Part shown: one piece after another, positions 1-12,400 of the stretch
Position numbering within the stretch: the stretch's first letter is position 1
Layout of the letters: every line of letters starts with the position of its first letter
From: Bacteroidia bacterium
Lineage (GTDB): Bacteria > Bacteroidota > Bacteroidia > UKL13-3
Length of the DNA stretch: 64,000 nt
Assembly (NCBI GenBank): GCA_051861545.1
Contig: JBIMKP010000001.1
Coordinates: forward strand, 96,820-160,819
Reading direction: 5' to 3'
Translations under genes and position numbers: made by a program
Notes under the pieces: model-generated
What the model saw: only the letters and a program-made list of their open reading frames with translations
Told to the model about the DNA's origin: nothing
Databases searched by the model: none

Positions 1-437
1 TATTCGGCAACTGCCATTAATTTCGGCATTGGACCAAATGGTTTTCCCAAATAATCCATATCTAAACCAGCGGCAATTACCCTAACACCTTGGTCTGCTA
101 AAGTTTCACAAACATATACCAACTCATCATCAAAAAACTGAGCCTCATCAATGCCAACAACAGTTGCTTGATTCCTCATTAATAACATATTTAATGAAGA
201 TGTAATAGGAGTTGATTGAATGCTATTTTCATTGTGGGAAACTACAGCAGTTTCATCATACCGTGTATCAATAGCAGGTTTAAAAATTTCAACGGTTTGA
301 CCAGCAATTCTCGCACGATTTAATCTTCTGATTAATTCTTCGGTTTTACCAGAAAACATAGAACCACAAACAACCTCTATCCAGCCTTTTCTTTGCTGGA
401 TTCCATACCTAGGTTCAATAAAAATTTCTTCAGACAT
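1..437 (-). CDS. tdk: Thymidine kinase (3' part runs off the window start; start codon ATG at 437-435)
   Basis: The reverse-strand translation from 437 gives [68 protein letters not shown]... The [15 protein letters not shown]-loop block is the classic thymidine kinase signature. It is absent from the ORF track only because its stop codon lies beyond position 1. Confidence 0.85.
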   Translation of the reverse strand, partial: MSEEIFIEPRYGIQQRKGWIEVVCGSMFSGKTEELIRRLNRARIAGQTVEIFKPAIDTRYDETAVVSHNENSIQSTPITSSLNMLLMRNQATVVGIDEAQFFDDELVYVCETLADQGVRVIAAGLDMDYLGKPFGPMPKLMAVAE

Positions 438-544
438 AAGGTGGCAATTTCGGGAATTACAGAAAATTGGCCACCTAATATCTTAAATTGTTGATTAATC
501 TTTGCATGCTTTATTAAAATTTGTGCTAAATCTCAATTAAAAAC

Positions 545-1477
545 ATGAATTCGCTCCAATTAATCAGTAAGTTAAAATCTAAGTCAGACGACCTACAACT
601 CGCACTACAACAAGTATTAAGTCCAGGTTCAAGTTTCAATAATATAGAAAAGGAGCTACTGAAGAAAAACTGTGTTGAATTGTATGAATTGGTGTTAAAA
701 CTTAAAACCGACACTGAATTGGCTGAAGAAAAAACTGAAATCAAACCAATTTTCAGTAATTTATTTCATGAAAATAAAGTTGAAACAAAAACAATTCAGC
801 CTGAAGAAAAGAAAATTGAAACACCAGTTATAGAAAAACCAATTGTTGAAATTCCAGAACCAGAAATTCATCAACCAATAGTTACTTTTGAAGCGCCACA
901 AAGTTTTAATGAAGTAATTAAAACAGTAGATGTTGAGGAAGAAACATTAAATAGCCTTCAAGAAAAAGCAAACTCTTCTATTACTGATTATGATGATTTA
1001 CCTGAACCTGAATTTAAATTTAATTCAGAGCAAAGCTTCCAAAATTCAAATCCAATTGAGTTAAATATTGAAAAAGCAGTTGAGAACAAAAGAATCTTTA
1101 AAACTGTAATGCCTGATCCAGAATTTAAACCAAAACCATCTTTAAACGAATTGGTTAAAACAAGAGATTTAACTTATAATGAAAAATTAGCTCAAAAAAT
1201 TGAAACTACTCCTTTGGTTGAGAGAACAACTGAATCACCTATTGAAAACATGAAATCGGAAATTAACCTAAACAAAAAAATTGCTTTAGTTAATGAATTG
1301 TTTTCCGAAAATGTGGTGGAATATGCAAAAGCAATTGACAAACTAAATTCCGCAAATGGTTTAAACGAAGCACTTAGGATATTTTCAGAATTAAAACACC
1401 ATTATAATTGGCAAAGCAACAACGAATTGGTTCTTGACTTGGAACGAATTATTAAAAGAAGGCATCCTATTAATTAA
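545..1477 (+). CDS. Hypothetical E/K/P-rich low-complexity protein (no signal peptide)
   Basis: 310-aa ORF with consistent coding frame. It is biased towards Glu/Lys/Pro/Ile, with repeated PEPEF(K)-type motifs and no recognisable catalytic motif. Confidence 0.45.
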   Translation: MNSLQLISKLKSKSDDLQLALQQVLSPGSSFNNIEKELLKKNCVELYELVLKLKTDTELAEEKTEIKPIFSNLFHENKVETKTIQPEEKKIETPVIEKPIVEIPEPEIHQPIVTFEAPQSFNEVIKTVDVEEETLNSLQEKANSSITDYDDLPEPEFKFNSEQSFQNSNPIELNIEKAVENKRIFKTVMPDPEFKPKPSLNELVKTRDLTYNEKLAQKIETTPLVERTTESPIENMKSEINLNKKIALVNELFSENVVEYAKAIDKLNSANGLNEALRIFSELKHHYNWQSNNELVLDLERIIKRRHPIN

Positions 1478-1634
1478 GACCCACTGAAAATCTTAAATAG
1501 GGCATGCTGAAAATCTAAATTAGCACTAATTATCAATCAATTGAATTAGTTTTAAACAAATCAGGTGTTATGTTTTTAAGAACAATTGCTTAAAAATCCT
1601 TACATGAAGTAAAATTCGTTTTCAAATTACCTAA

Positions 1635-1670
1635 AGACAGAAACAAAGAAGACTTTGTTTCTGTCTTTTT
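1635..1670 (+). terminator. Rho-independent terminator candidate downstream of ORF 545-1477
   Basis: Inverted repeat agacagaaacaaag / ctttgtttctgtct followed by TTTTT. Confidence 0.5.
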
Positions 1671-1806
1671 CAGCGGGCTCTAATTAGCCAAGGCTTGCTT
1701 AAAAAGATCAAAGAAATTGGCAGTTTCAAGAGTAAAGCTCAGTAAAATTGTATGATAAGAGAATGAAAATGAATAGTTTTCTTACAAGTATAAATCCATC
1801 AAAGAT

Positions 1807-2448
1807 TTATACTTGATTTAACCAAGATTTTATTTGGTTCACACAACTTTCATTCACTTCATGTTTACCTATGAATTCCATGAAACTCGTATTTTCACTA
1901 AACAAATGGCTCTTTGCTAAAACTGATTCTTTTCGCACCAAAGCATCATTTGAACCATATAAATATAAATTTTTAGAACGATTTATACTTTCAGGTAAAG
2001 AATCTTGCATTTCATGAGCAATATTTCCTGCAATAAATAATATGTGATTAGGCTTTAGGTCACTATTATGAATCCATCTACATAATGTAGAAACACCTTG
2101 TGAAAAACCACCAATAATTACCTTACTTGTAGAAGGTATTGTATAGTTTTTATAAACCAAATTGAGGTAATGAACATAATCTTTAATTTCTTCATCTCTC
2201 ATTAAACTTGTCATCCAAGAAGCTACTGGAATTCCACTTAAACCTCTAGCATAAAAGTGGTTTAATCCTTCTGGTACAACAAAGAAATGTTCATCACCAA
2301 AAGATTTAAAAGAAGCTAGTAAATGATCAGCTGTTTGCGCATAACCATGCAAGAGAAACCAAACATATTTAGTTTCTTCATTAAGTTCTCCTAAAGTAAA
2401 AACTCTTGCTGTTTTTTGTGTTTGAAAATAATGAAGAGTAGCTTCCAT
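1807..2448 (-). CDS. Alpha/beta-hydrolase fold esterase (serine hydrolase)
   Basis: GFSQG matches the G-x-S-x-G nucleophile elbow. The ~210-aa size and HGY...ADH region fit carboxylesterase/phospholipase-type hydrolases. Its start abuts the stop of the upstream lipoprotein gene (2448/2449), suggesting an operon. Confidence 0.6.
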   Translation of the reverse strand: MEATLHYFQTQKTARVFTLGELNEETKYVWFLLHGYAQTADHLLASFKSFGDEHFFVVPEGLNHFYARGLSGIPVASWMTSLMRDEEIKDYVHYLNLVYKNYTIPSTSKVIIGGFSQGVSTLCRWIHNSDLKPNHILFIAGNIAHEMQDSLPESINRSKNLYLYGSNDALVRKESVLAKSHLFSENTSFMEFIGKHEVNESCVNQIKSWLNQV

Positions 2449-3711
2449 TTATTGCAAATCAGAATTCAATCTGTACCTACAAACCCTGTTATTTCCTTTA
2501 TCACAAACAAAGATGGTACGATTGAAGAAACAAATTCCAGTTGGGTCAACAAAGTTATAAGGACCACTTGCTTTTCCATCTGGGCCAGAGCCTCCAAAAG
2601 ATACAATAACTTGTTTCTTAAAAGTTGAATTTGCCGGAGGATTTACTCCTTCAAATCCAGTATTTGAGAAAACATAAATTGAATCTGTTCCACTATCTGT
2701 TACAAATAGGAAGCCATTTTCAGTAGGTGAAGCAAAAATATCTTCAGGTTTTATAAACCTATTACTTTCATACATGAAACGATCTGCCTTTGTTTTATCG
2801 AAGTTTAGAAAATTCGTATTTTCACTGTATAAATAACCTTGGTCTGGATCTTCTGTTACAGCAATTCCTAAAGCTCTAAACTCCAATTTTTTGTTTTGAT
2901 CATCTCCTAAAGCAAGAAAGAAATTACGTGAAGTGCTAATCCCAGAAATTCTTTGCGGAGGAGCTGCTAAAGTTGCTAAACCGCTAATTCCAACAGAAGA
3001 TTTTATACTTGATTCTAAAGGATTTAAACCACTAGAATAACCAATATTTTCGCCTTGTGCAGAGAAAATCAAAACACCATTATCTGGACGAGCCACACTA
3101 TTCAAATCATTTCTTGGCCCAGTTCTAGCAACATAAAGTGTATTATCGAAAAGTGTAGCTAAACCAGTAAATTTAACTGCAACATCATCATTACCTCTGA
3201 ATGAAGTATTTCTTCGACTTTCATCACATTGAAAATGTTTTAAAGTGTCGAGGTAAGTAGGATTTCCAGAACCAATTCCAGTAATATGGTAAATAGCAGC
3301 TAAACTAATTGAAGGGTTGGCTACTTTATCAGGGTAATATCTGCCAGCAACATAGGAATGTAATCTTCTATCTTGGGTAAAATCTGTAGCACCAGGAATG
3401 GTAAAGCGATAACTTAAATCCGCCTTTTGGTCAAAAACCAAAACTTCATTGTCATCAATAGTTGTTTCATCATTTTCAATTACTACATAAATCAATTCAT
3501 CATAACCATAAAAAACATCTAATGGCTTATTTACATTATTGATGAAAGGAAAAACAGGAACATAACCTACGTTATTTAAACCTGTATTAGGGTCGATATT
3601 ACCTTGATTAAAAACTTCTTGAGCAGTATCATTTTTCTTATCTCCCAAAAAACTGCAAGAGCTTAAGAAAAATGTGAAACCTATTAAAATATAATTTTTC
3701 AAAGTGAACAT
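2449..3711 (-). CDS. Lipoprotein with NHL-type beta-propeller repeat(s)
   Basis: N-terminus MFTLKNYILIGFTFFLSSCSF is a lipoprotein signal with a lipobox Cys. The C-terminal FVDPTGICFFNRTIFVCDKGNNRVCRY fits the NHL repeat pattern (P.GIa.d..g.iyVaD.gNnRI). Confidence 0.5.
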   Translation of the reverse strand: MFTLKNYILIGFTFFLSSCSFLGDKKNDTAQEVFNQGNIDPNTGLNNVGYVPVFPFINNVNKPLDVFYGYDELIYVVIENDETTIDDNEVLVFDQKADLSYRFTIPGATDFTQDRRLHSYVAGRYYPDKVANPSISLAAIYHITGIGSGNPTYLDTLKHFQCDESRRNTSFRGNDDVAVKFTGLATLFDNTLYVARTGPRNDLNSVARPDNGVLIFSAQGENIGYSSGLNPLESSIKSSVGISGLATLAAPPQRISGISTSRNFFLALGDDQNKKLEFRALGIAVTEDPDQGYLYSENTNFLNFDKTKADRFMYESNRFIKPEDIFASPTENGFLFVTDSGTDSIYVFSNTGFEGVNPPANSTFKKQVIVSFGGSGPDGKASGPYNFVDPTGICFFNRTIFVCDKGNNRVCRYRLNSDLQ

Positions 3712-3712
3712 A

Positions 3713-4714
3713 TTAACGAAGGTTAAATAACAATGAAAGTCGATGTGAATTGCCCATTCTAGACTTACTTACCAAACTATAATCAAACCTAAAATCTCCA
3801 AACTTTCTAGGAAGTCGAATACCTAAACCAGCAGTTGGAAAAGTATAAGCTTCATCACTACCAAATTCCCAGCCAGTTCTTGCATACAATAAACGTTTAT
3901 AACCATATTCAGCAGCAACTGCAAAAGTTTCATTATTATCTGTTGGATGGTTTAGCTGAGCTAATAATGTCAATACTTGATTCTTAGCATGCAAAGGGTC
4001 GAAAGCTCCGCCAATTCTAAACATACCTGGTGCAGAAACCTCACCAAAACTAGTTTTAATAATATCGCCAGAAAGATTTAACATATTTACTTCACCTGTT
4101 GGAGAAACATTTAAACCAAAATTCGTAAATGCAACGCCAAATCGAGCATGTTTTATTCCAATATCGTATGTTAAACCTAAATCAAAAAGGAAATTATTAA
4201 TTCGAACATCTCCAATTCCTTCATGTGCCCATTTGCTGCTTAATCCAAAACTAAAATTATCTGTTAAAATTTTAGCATAAGTTAAACCAATCAAAGTATT
4301 ACTTACGTTCACAAACCTTCCTGTACCCATTGGCTGAAACTCTGTAGTTTCTTCCATAGGTGCATAATTTATTGAAATAACCTGTACTCCGAGTGTACTT
4401 AAACTACCAGTTTTATAAGTTACGCCTAAAAAGTTGGCTGAATTTGCAGCAGTATATCTTGTATTTGAAACAAAAAATGAAGCCTTACTGCTATCACCCA
4501 CTGCAATTCCTGAAGGATTCCAAAACATAGCAGAAGGGTCTTTTGTAAATCCAGCAACAGCGCCAGAAAGCGCGCTAGAACGGGCATCTGGCATTATTTT
4601 CAAAAATTGCATTCCACTTGCACCGGTTCTGGAATTACCAAAAGTAGGTAGCAATTGAGCGCTAGAAGTTTGCAAAAAACAAACTAAACATAATATTGAT
4701 AGATAAAATCTCAT
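3713..4714 (-). CDS. PorQ/PorV-family T9SS-associated outer-membrane beta-barrel protein (PorQ-like by size)
   Basis: Signal peptide ...FLQTSSA|Q. The block GASGMQFLKIMPDARSSALSGAVAGFTKDPSAMFWNPSGIA matches the conserved N-terminal motif of the PorV/PorQ family (FL.i.P.AR..ALGG.....D.....NPA). The 333-aa length fits PorQ better than PorV. Alternating beta-strand-like composition continues to the C-terminal Phe/Arg. Confidence 0.5.
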   Translation of the reverse strand: MRFYLSILCLVCFLQTSSAQLLPTFGNSRTGASGMQFLKIMPDARSSALSGAVAGFTKDPSAMFWNPSGIAVGDSSKASFFVSNTRYTAANSANFLGVTYKTGSLSTLGVQVISINYAPMEETTEFQPMGTGRFVNVSNTLIGLTYAKILTDNFSFGLSSKWAHEGIGDVRINNFLFDLGLTYDIGIKHARFGVAFTNFGLNVSPTGEVNMLNLSGDIIKTSFGEVSAPGMFRIGGAFDPLHAKNQVLTLLAQLNHPTDNNETFAVAAEYGYKRLLYARTGWEFGSDEAYTFPTAGLGIRLPRKFGDFRFDYSLVSKSRMGNSHRLSLLFNLR

Positions 4715-4777
4715 CTGGTTTGCAAAATAGTAAAAACTATAATTAAAACTGACACTTTACAAAAGCTTATTATGAAA

Positions 4778-5812
4778 TTAAAATGCAGTCCAACCTTGTG
4801 CTTGTAAAGTATGTTTTTGTCCACCTTTTGAAATCATGTTCATACCCTCATCTTCTGGTGTTACAAAACCAATGATTGAAAAATCTGGATGATTTTCAAT
4901 TTTCCTATAATCTGATTGAGAAATTGTCATGAGTAACTCATAATCCTCTCCTCCACTTAAAGCGGTCAGAATTGGGTCGAGTTCTAATTCTCTGGCGAAG
5001 TTATAACTAGTTGGATCTATAGGAACTTTGTCTTCATAAATAGTAATTCCTACTTTTGATTGTTTAGCCAAATGAAAACATTCAGAAGAAAGTCCATCAC
5101 TAATATCCATCATTGAAGTTGGTTTAATATCTAAAGCATCTAATAAATCAATAATATCCTTGCGGGCTTCTGGTTTTAATTGGCGTTCAATAATATAATC
5201 GTGACCAGCCAAATCGGGTTGAGCTTGAGGATTAGCCAAAAACACTCTTTTCTCTCTTTCTAATAATTGAAAACCGCAATAAGCAGCTCCTAAATCACCA
5301 CTTACAACGAGTAAATCGAGAGGTTTTGCGCCATTACGGTAAACTACTTTTGATTCATCAGCTTCGCCAATAGCGGTTACTGAAATAACAAGACCTTGTT
5401 TTGAACTAGAAGTGTCACCTCCTACCAAATCTACACCATATCTATCACATGCTAGTTGAATGCCAGAATAAAGTTCTTCAAGAGCTTCTAAAGAAAACCT
5501 ATTAGAACTTCCAATTGAAACAGTAACTTGTTTGGGCTTAGCATTCATTGCGTAAATATCACTCAAATTAACCGTTATCGCTTTGTATCCCAAATGTTTA
5601 ATTGGGAAATAGCTCAAATCAAAATGTACACCTTCCAATAATAAATCGGTACTCACTAAAGTAACTTTATTTTCTGTTGATTTAATAACAGCAGCATCAT
5701 CACCAATACCTTTAATAGTATTGTTTTTCAATTCAAAATTTTTAGTAAGGTGGTCGATTAAGCCAAATTCCCCTAAAGTACTTAGTTCAGTTCTTGCAGC
5801 ATTTTCAAACAT
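4778..5812 (-). CDS. thiL: Thiamine-monophosphate kinase
   Basis: AIR-synthase-related fold. GIGDDAAVI, DLLLEGVHF and DLVGGDT motifs are typical of ThiL. Confidence 0.75.
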   Translation of the reverse strand: MFENAARTELSTLGEFGLIDHLTKNFELKNNTIKGIGDDAAVIKSTENKVTLVSTDLLLEGVHFDLSYFPIKHLGYKAITVNLSDIYAMNAKPKQVTVSIGSSNRFSLEALEELYSGIQLACDRYGVDLVGGDTSSSKQGLVISVTAIGEADESKVVYRNGAKPLDLLVVSGDLGAAYCGFQLLEREKRVFLANPQAQPDLAGHDYIIERQLKPEARKDIIDLLDALDIKPTSMMDISDGLSSECFHLAKQSKVGITIYEDKVPIDPTSYNFARELELDPILTALSGGEDYELLMTISQSDYRKIENHPDFSIIGFVTPEDEGMNMISKGGQKHTLQAQGWTAF

Positions 5813-5915
5813 AGCTACAAAGATATGAAAAGTTTAAACGGGAATATGCGAAGGAAATTTCTAAGGTCTTTTAAAAACCAAAAGAAGCTATGAGTAGATA
5901 TTGGAATATTGAGAA

Positions 5916-6359
5916 CTATCTCATTCTTTCATCCATCAAATCCACGAAAATTCTTTCGAGTTGTTTAATATCAGAAGGTAAATCATCAGAACCCTTAAGC
6001 CATTTCCACTCGCGATAAAGGGTATTATTTTTGCGGATTCTCACAAAAATAATCTCCTCTCCAATTTGGTAGAGAGAACTATTCCCCGATTTAAGTCCAG
6101 CAACTGTATTGTAAATAAAATCAGCATCCTTTTGAGGGATTTTTTTCATTAAAGTGGATTTGGAATCGATTGCATTTTTCTGAAAAAGACTTCCATCTCT
6201 AACAATTACAAAAGCATTAAAAGCTGACGTTTTTTGATTGATATAACCAAATTCAATATGATCAGCAGGTATTTCTATTTGCAGAGCTTTAGGAGCAGCG
6301 CAGGAAATAAATGAGATAATTATCAAAAAGAAAAATCTTAAAACTTCTGAAATTTTCAT
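5916..6359 (-). CDS. Hypothetical secreted/lipoprotein-like small protein
   Basis: 147 aa with a hydrophobic N-terminus (FFFLIIISFISCAAP). No other recognisable motif. Confidence 0.45.
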   Translation of the reverse strand: MKISEVLRFFFLIIISFISCAAPKALQIEIPADHIEFGYINQKTSAFNAFVIVRDGSLFQKNAIDSKSTLMKKIPQKDADFIYNTVAGLKSGNSSLYQIGEEIIFVRIRKNNTLYREWKWLKGSDDLPSDIKQLERIFVDLMDERMR

Positions 6360-6414
6360 GTAGGGAAAAATACAAAAACAATACCAAAAAATAAAAACTA
6401 AAGTATTAAAACGT

Positions 6415-6447
6415 AAAAAGGCGCGCAGCTAAGCTGCGCGCCTTTTT
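6415..6447. terminator. Strong bidirectional rho-independent terminator
   Basis: aaaaaGGCGCGCAGCtaaGCTGCGCGCCttttt. The GC-rich 11-bp stem in an AT-rich genome is flanked by an A-run and a T-run. It lies just downstream of the stop of the 2061-aa gene. Confidence 0.7.
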
Positions 6448-6466
6448 AACTTATTGAGAAATCAAA

Positions 6467-9400
6467 TTATTCTCTGATTAAAGTAATTGATCCTCTTACC
6501 GTTTGTTCTGTTTTACCTCTTAATCTATAAGTTAATATAAAGTAGTAGGTTCCATCAGGACAATCAGCACCAGAATTATTTACTTTACCATTCCAGATAT
6601 TAGTTGAATTGGTTGACTCAAATACTTGACCACCCCAACGATTGTAGATTTTTAAGTCGTACAATTCTTCACCCTTGATATCAATTTTGAAGAAATCGTT
6701 TTTGTTGTCACCATTTGGAGTAAATACATTCGGAATAGTAATATCAGTTACAAATGCATTACTTACCACTACACATGCTGAATCAATACAAGCATCAGGT
6801 TCTGCAGTATAAGCCCAAATACAAATTGTGAAATCACCAGTATCATTTCCGAAGTTTAATTCACCTAAGTTAAAGTTTGGATCATCATTTCCATTTACAG
6901 TAACTTCTTTGAATACACTATTGTCTTTGTTTCTAGTTACTCTCCAAATATATTTAACAGCTTCAGAGCTATCACTTAAGTTAGTTACATAGTACTTAGG
7001 TAATAACATTACCTCAGCTTTTAAATCAGCTTTTGATAATAGCGCTCTCATTGTAATAGTATCTTTATTCTCACATTCAGGTGCTCCAGTTAAGAACCTG
7101 GTAGAATGCATTACCAAATGATACACACCTTTGTTCTTAAAGTAGAAATTAAACGATGTATCTTGAGGTAAACTTGTTTTGAACAAAGTATCATTTATAA
7201 AAGTGTAATCAGCATTATAATTATATAATCTGTACTTAGTAATAGTATCATGTTGTGACCTATTTTTCAATTCGAATGGTTCACCCACACAAACCGCAGT
7301 ATCAGGAGTAAATAAACCAACACTATAAGGATTCTTCACATAAATCTTAATTGGTCTTTCAGTTCCACCTACAGTATCAGGAATAATAACTGGAGGACAA
7401 GAAGATGCTCCTGGAGAGCTAGCATCATAACCAACTGCATTTACATAGTATGTACCTTCTTGAGTGTATACAAATGTTACAGTATCAGGATTGTTTAATG
7501 CCAATTTTGGTGGCTCAAATGGAATACCTGAATTAATTAAAGTAGACCTTGTTGCGCTAAATCCAGCAGAGTCATCAGGGTAACTTACTATTCTTAATGT
7601 GTAAGGAACACAACCTAAAGTATCATTCAAAAGTTTGATTCTTGGACGTGGACCAGCAATAAAGATTTTTTCAGTTAATGTATCTTGACAACCTTGTTCA
7701 GTTTCAACAACTAAACGAACTGCATACCAACCATTTTTACGGTAATCATAAGTAGGATTTACTTCAATTGAACGGTATTCATCTTTACCATATCCGTAAT
7801 CACCAAACCACCATCTACGCTCTTTGAATCTATCACAAGAGAAACCATAGTTTTGGAAACACCAGTCATCTACAAAAGAAGCATCATTAAATTTAACTGT
7901 ATCACTGCATAAAAACACTCCTTTACTTGTATATCGTGCATTTGGTTTCACAACATTTACAAATTGGAAACAAGTATCCCAATATCCTAAACTATCTCTA
8001 GTAATCATTGAAACTTTAAAACGTCCTGGATCATTAAATTGGAAAGTTGGATTTTTACCATGTTTGTCAATTACACCATCTGATTGGAAATCCCAATAGA
8101 TTCTTTCATGATAGAAGGTATCAATTTTCTGACAAAGTAAAGCAGTAGCGGCTCCAACTGTCACGGGAGTTGAAACCCATGCTACAGGACAAGTACCAGT
8201 TGAAGGAACAACAAAATACTTCGTAGGATTTACGTATAATTTCATTGTATCAACAGGATAACCTCTCATAGCAAAACCATGGAAATCAATATCAACATAT
8301 TCTACTTCTCCAGCTTGTAAAGGCCTAAAAGGATTATAAATACCATTAGCCTTAGGATACCAATATCTAATAGAATCTTTAAACAATACAGTTTCTCCAA
8401 TACAGAATGTAGTATCATAATTGTTCTTCATATCTCTAATGAGGAAAGTATCAATTACACCAATTACAATTTGTCTCGAGGCAATGTTCTGACAATCTGT
8501 TGTAGTTGTCATCACATGTATAATAGGAGTGATATCATTTCTTCTGGTAAAACTACCTCCACCGGAAGCAACTTTCATCTCCCATGATGATTGAATATAC
8601 GTATGTGGCACAGGTTCCATTAAGAAGGCTGAGTCAATACGAATATTTACACGATTTATAGCTTGAGGCGCCATTGCCCTTAGAGGGTCATCACATCTCC
8701 AAACTGTATCATATCTTGTACTATCAAGAACTCTTATTCCGATTGGAATATGAGTTGCACTAATAATTGTCCAAGGTAAAGTTTGAACATTGTATTCAAA
8801 ACGGATACGACCTAAAGGCCAAGTATGCGCATCATATTGAAGAGTATCAAAAACACCAGGTTGACCTTTTCTTTCTACAGCAACAAAAGTATCTTCTGCA
8901 TTTGTATAGAAAGAATCCACTGTAGCATAATCATCACCCCAAACCCATGCATCTGATTTCACAAAATCTTGCTTAACTGTATTTAAGTTACCAAAGATTT
9001 TGTTTGTTTTTTCAGGATATGAAGGATAGAATGATTTTCCATGTAAGTAACAATATGGTTCACGATAATTAGGATTAGCTACATAAGCCAAAGCATTACC
9101 AGGGCCAATTACTGGATAGAATTTAGAAGTATCAAATTTATCGTAAGTAAAGTTAGCATCTAAGGTAATAAAGTGGAAGAAATTATGGTACCAAACAGTA
9201 TCAGAAGTACAACCAGGCAAATTAGATGTTGGTGAAGCATAACCATTTCCAGTAATAATACCTATGGTTACAAAACCACGTGGATCTTTTGGAAGATTTG
9301 AGTATTGAACTGGTGTATTTCCAGGAACATAATGTGTAACGTTTCTAGCACCATTAGGACTTTGCCAAATTAAATTTGGATTCCAGTTTGGACCATTGTA

Positions 9401-12400
9401 GAAAGCCGGCATATTGTATCCACCAGGTGTAGTTGTAGTACCTGTCATTGGTGAAGTTCCAGAGAAATCAACGAATGCATCTAACATACAACGAGTATTC
9501 TGACCATTCCAAACTGGATTCGGGTCATTTCTATCTGCAAATGAATCGTAGTTGATTAATAAGAATGTTCTGGCTCCGCAAGTAGGAGCTAAACCTGGAG
9601 AACCACCAGATCTGTCAAAAACGAATGTAGGATTACCGCCATTTTGAGACCTTAAACCAGGACACTCATCACCATCTTTTCCTAAACCAAAAGCATCTGG
9701 ATTCATTAATGGTAATTGAACAGTACTTGTACCGCCGCAATCCCACTCATCGACATAACCATAATCCTCTTCAACTAAAACAAATTTACCGACAGCATCT
9801 TGTTGAACAGTTATTGAATCCGGGCCACGGAAGAAAAATTTATTATTAACAATATTAATTCCTTCAGTATATCTTAAAGTTTGTAGTAAAATACCATCGT
9901 GGTACTCAGGAATACTAATGGTATTTCCAACCATATTGATCCTCAATAAATTTTTAACAGGATCAGCAGATTGGTTATTCACTGAATCTTTCATAAACAA
10001 TCTAACAGTATAACATTGTTGAATTCTTCTTTCGAAAGCATAATCATACAATGTTTTAGAAGAACCAGGCAATAAATCAGTTCCTCTGTATCTTCTGCTG
10101 CTTCCATCAGGCAGTTTATCTGTCATAATAGGAGTAATGAAAGCATTTGTTGGTCTTATTATTGATCCTGATGGAATCGTAAACTTATAAAAGCCTTTTA
10201 GATTAGCAAATGGATCCGGAATATCATTGTTTAATGTAATTTGTGTTTGAGGATCTAAATCCGCTGGCCACATTTCGATTGTATCGATTCTAGCTTGAGC
10301 AGAACCAGATGAGAACATTGGTTTATTCCACAACAATGTATCCATTGGATGAACCAATCTTTTTCCATTAGGATTACCTGGATTCCAAGTAACTAAATTT
10401 GGATCAGTTGTCCACTGAGTTGTATCATAAGGAGGGAAGTCATGTCCAAATTTATGCCATCTTAAAACAGTAGCCCAATTTTCATAACCATGAATAGGTA
10501 AAGTATCATGTGAGAATTTACAATTTACACGACCAGGATACAATTGACCATTTGCCCAAAATCTAGGTTCTGTGCGGTTATACATATCCTGCGCATTTGT
10601 GTAAGGAGGACCACCCATTAAGTCATTTGCCACTGAGAATGATGTACAAGCAGGAGCAAAATTATCTCCAAAATCCCACTTTTTATAAAGGTGATTTGAT
10701 TGGTAAATTGAAGAAGCATTTGTGAATTCCACAGGGAAAGATGGACCACATTGGTTCTTCAAGAATTTATTAATAACAATAGGAACTGGAGGTGCTTCAA
10801 TAGAAACTGCTGGACCAAGTATATTTACACCGTATCCAAATAATTGTCCTCTAGTAATTCTCTTGTTAAACTTTAAAGTATCGTCTTGGAAAAATTTCCA
10901 ATAACTAACTATACTATCTCTATATGGTTTCAACCAGCGATAAACTGGTAAATTACCTCCAGGATAATTAAAAGTAATTTGAGGTCCACCAACAGTAGCT
11001 GATAAAGCAAACTCATCACCATTTGCAAAAATTAAAGTATATCTTGTTAATGTATCAATACCAGTTACAGCGCCAATAGTTGTAAATTTAATTTGATAAC
11101 CTGGTTGTAAGTTATGGTTAGGAGAGATAAAGGTACCCATTGAATTGTTTACACCAGTAATATTGGTAGGAGCACCTAATCCATCAGGAATAAACCTATG
11201 AAGAGAAATTGAATCGGGAGCAGTATTACCTGGTCTCGGAGCGAAAATATATCCGTTAATTGTATTTAAACGTGGGTTTGCTACTGGAGGAAAAGTTGGA
11301 GAATTGTAACGCATTACATCATTAACAGTATCAATTCTCGACCAGAAATTAACTGTTTTTGCTGGTTTACCAGGACAGAAAACTGTTAAAGTAGGGAAAT
11401 ATTGACCTAAACCTTGGTATTTATAACAAGGAGAAACTTCATTTAATTTTTTATCAGAACCTGGAGGATTTGCATTTGGATCTGCGAAATCCCATAATAA
11501 TTGAAGCTGAGCATTAATTCCTTGAAGTGGATATTGATTATATAAACAAACACTAGCAGTATTACGATTCATAAAACAAACCGAATCAGCAATTGTATCG
11601 TTTTGATTGGTGCGTCTTGATCTAACATCATATTGAATAACAATATTCTCAGGTAGCACATCTCCACTTAAATTATAATCAAAACTATCTGCACAATTAA
11701 AGAATCTATGTTGAACAAATAATTTAGGTGCAAAAACTCCACCTCTAACGTAATTATGAGTAAAAGAAGTCCAAAAAGCAATATCTGCTGGAATAGGAGG
11801 ATTTCTTGAAGTATAAGAAGTTCCATCACCAAAATCCCATCTAAACCTACCAACTTGACCAATAGGAATAGCAGTTTTATTTACGAAAATATAAGGAGTG
11901 GTATCACATCTAGGCACACCAACCACCTGAAATTTCGCATCAATATTAGGAGCAACATAAACAAACTTTTGTTGTGAGTTTATACAACCAAGTTGGTCGG
12001 TGACTCTTAAAGTTACAGAATTTCTTCTACCACCAATCGGATAAATATGATTAATTGAAGAACCTCCAGGAGTTGGCATTGATTCTTCAGAACCATCACC
12101 CCAAACCCAGTATCTGCTGGCAATTGGCGAAGAAGGAGCTGGAGCCTGTGTTGAAAGGTCACCAAACACATAATTGTTACCTTTAAAACACTGCGAGTCG
12201 AAACTAGTTAAGTTCCAATTAACTACAGGTCTAGCATAAACTGTATCCCAATATTCGTAGTTTAAATCACCACGATTGGTAAATTTTGCTGTAACCTGAA
12301 TTTTGTAAGCGCCTGGTGCAGCATAGTTATGGATATAAAAGTTTCCAACAGGAGAGCCTGTTGTGATTGAAACTTTTGATCCGTCTCCTAAGTCCAGGTC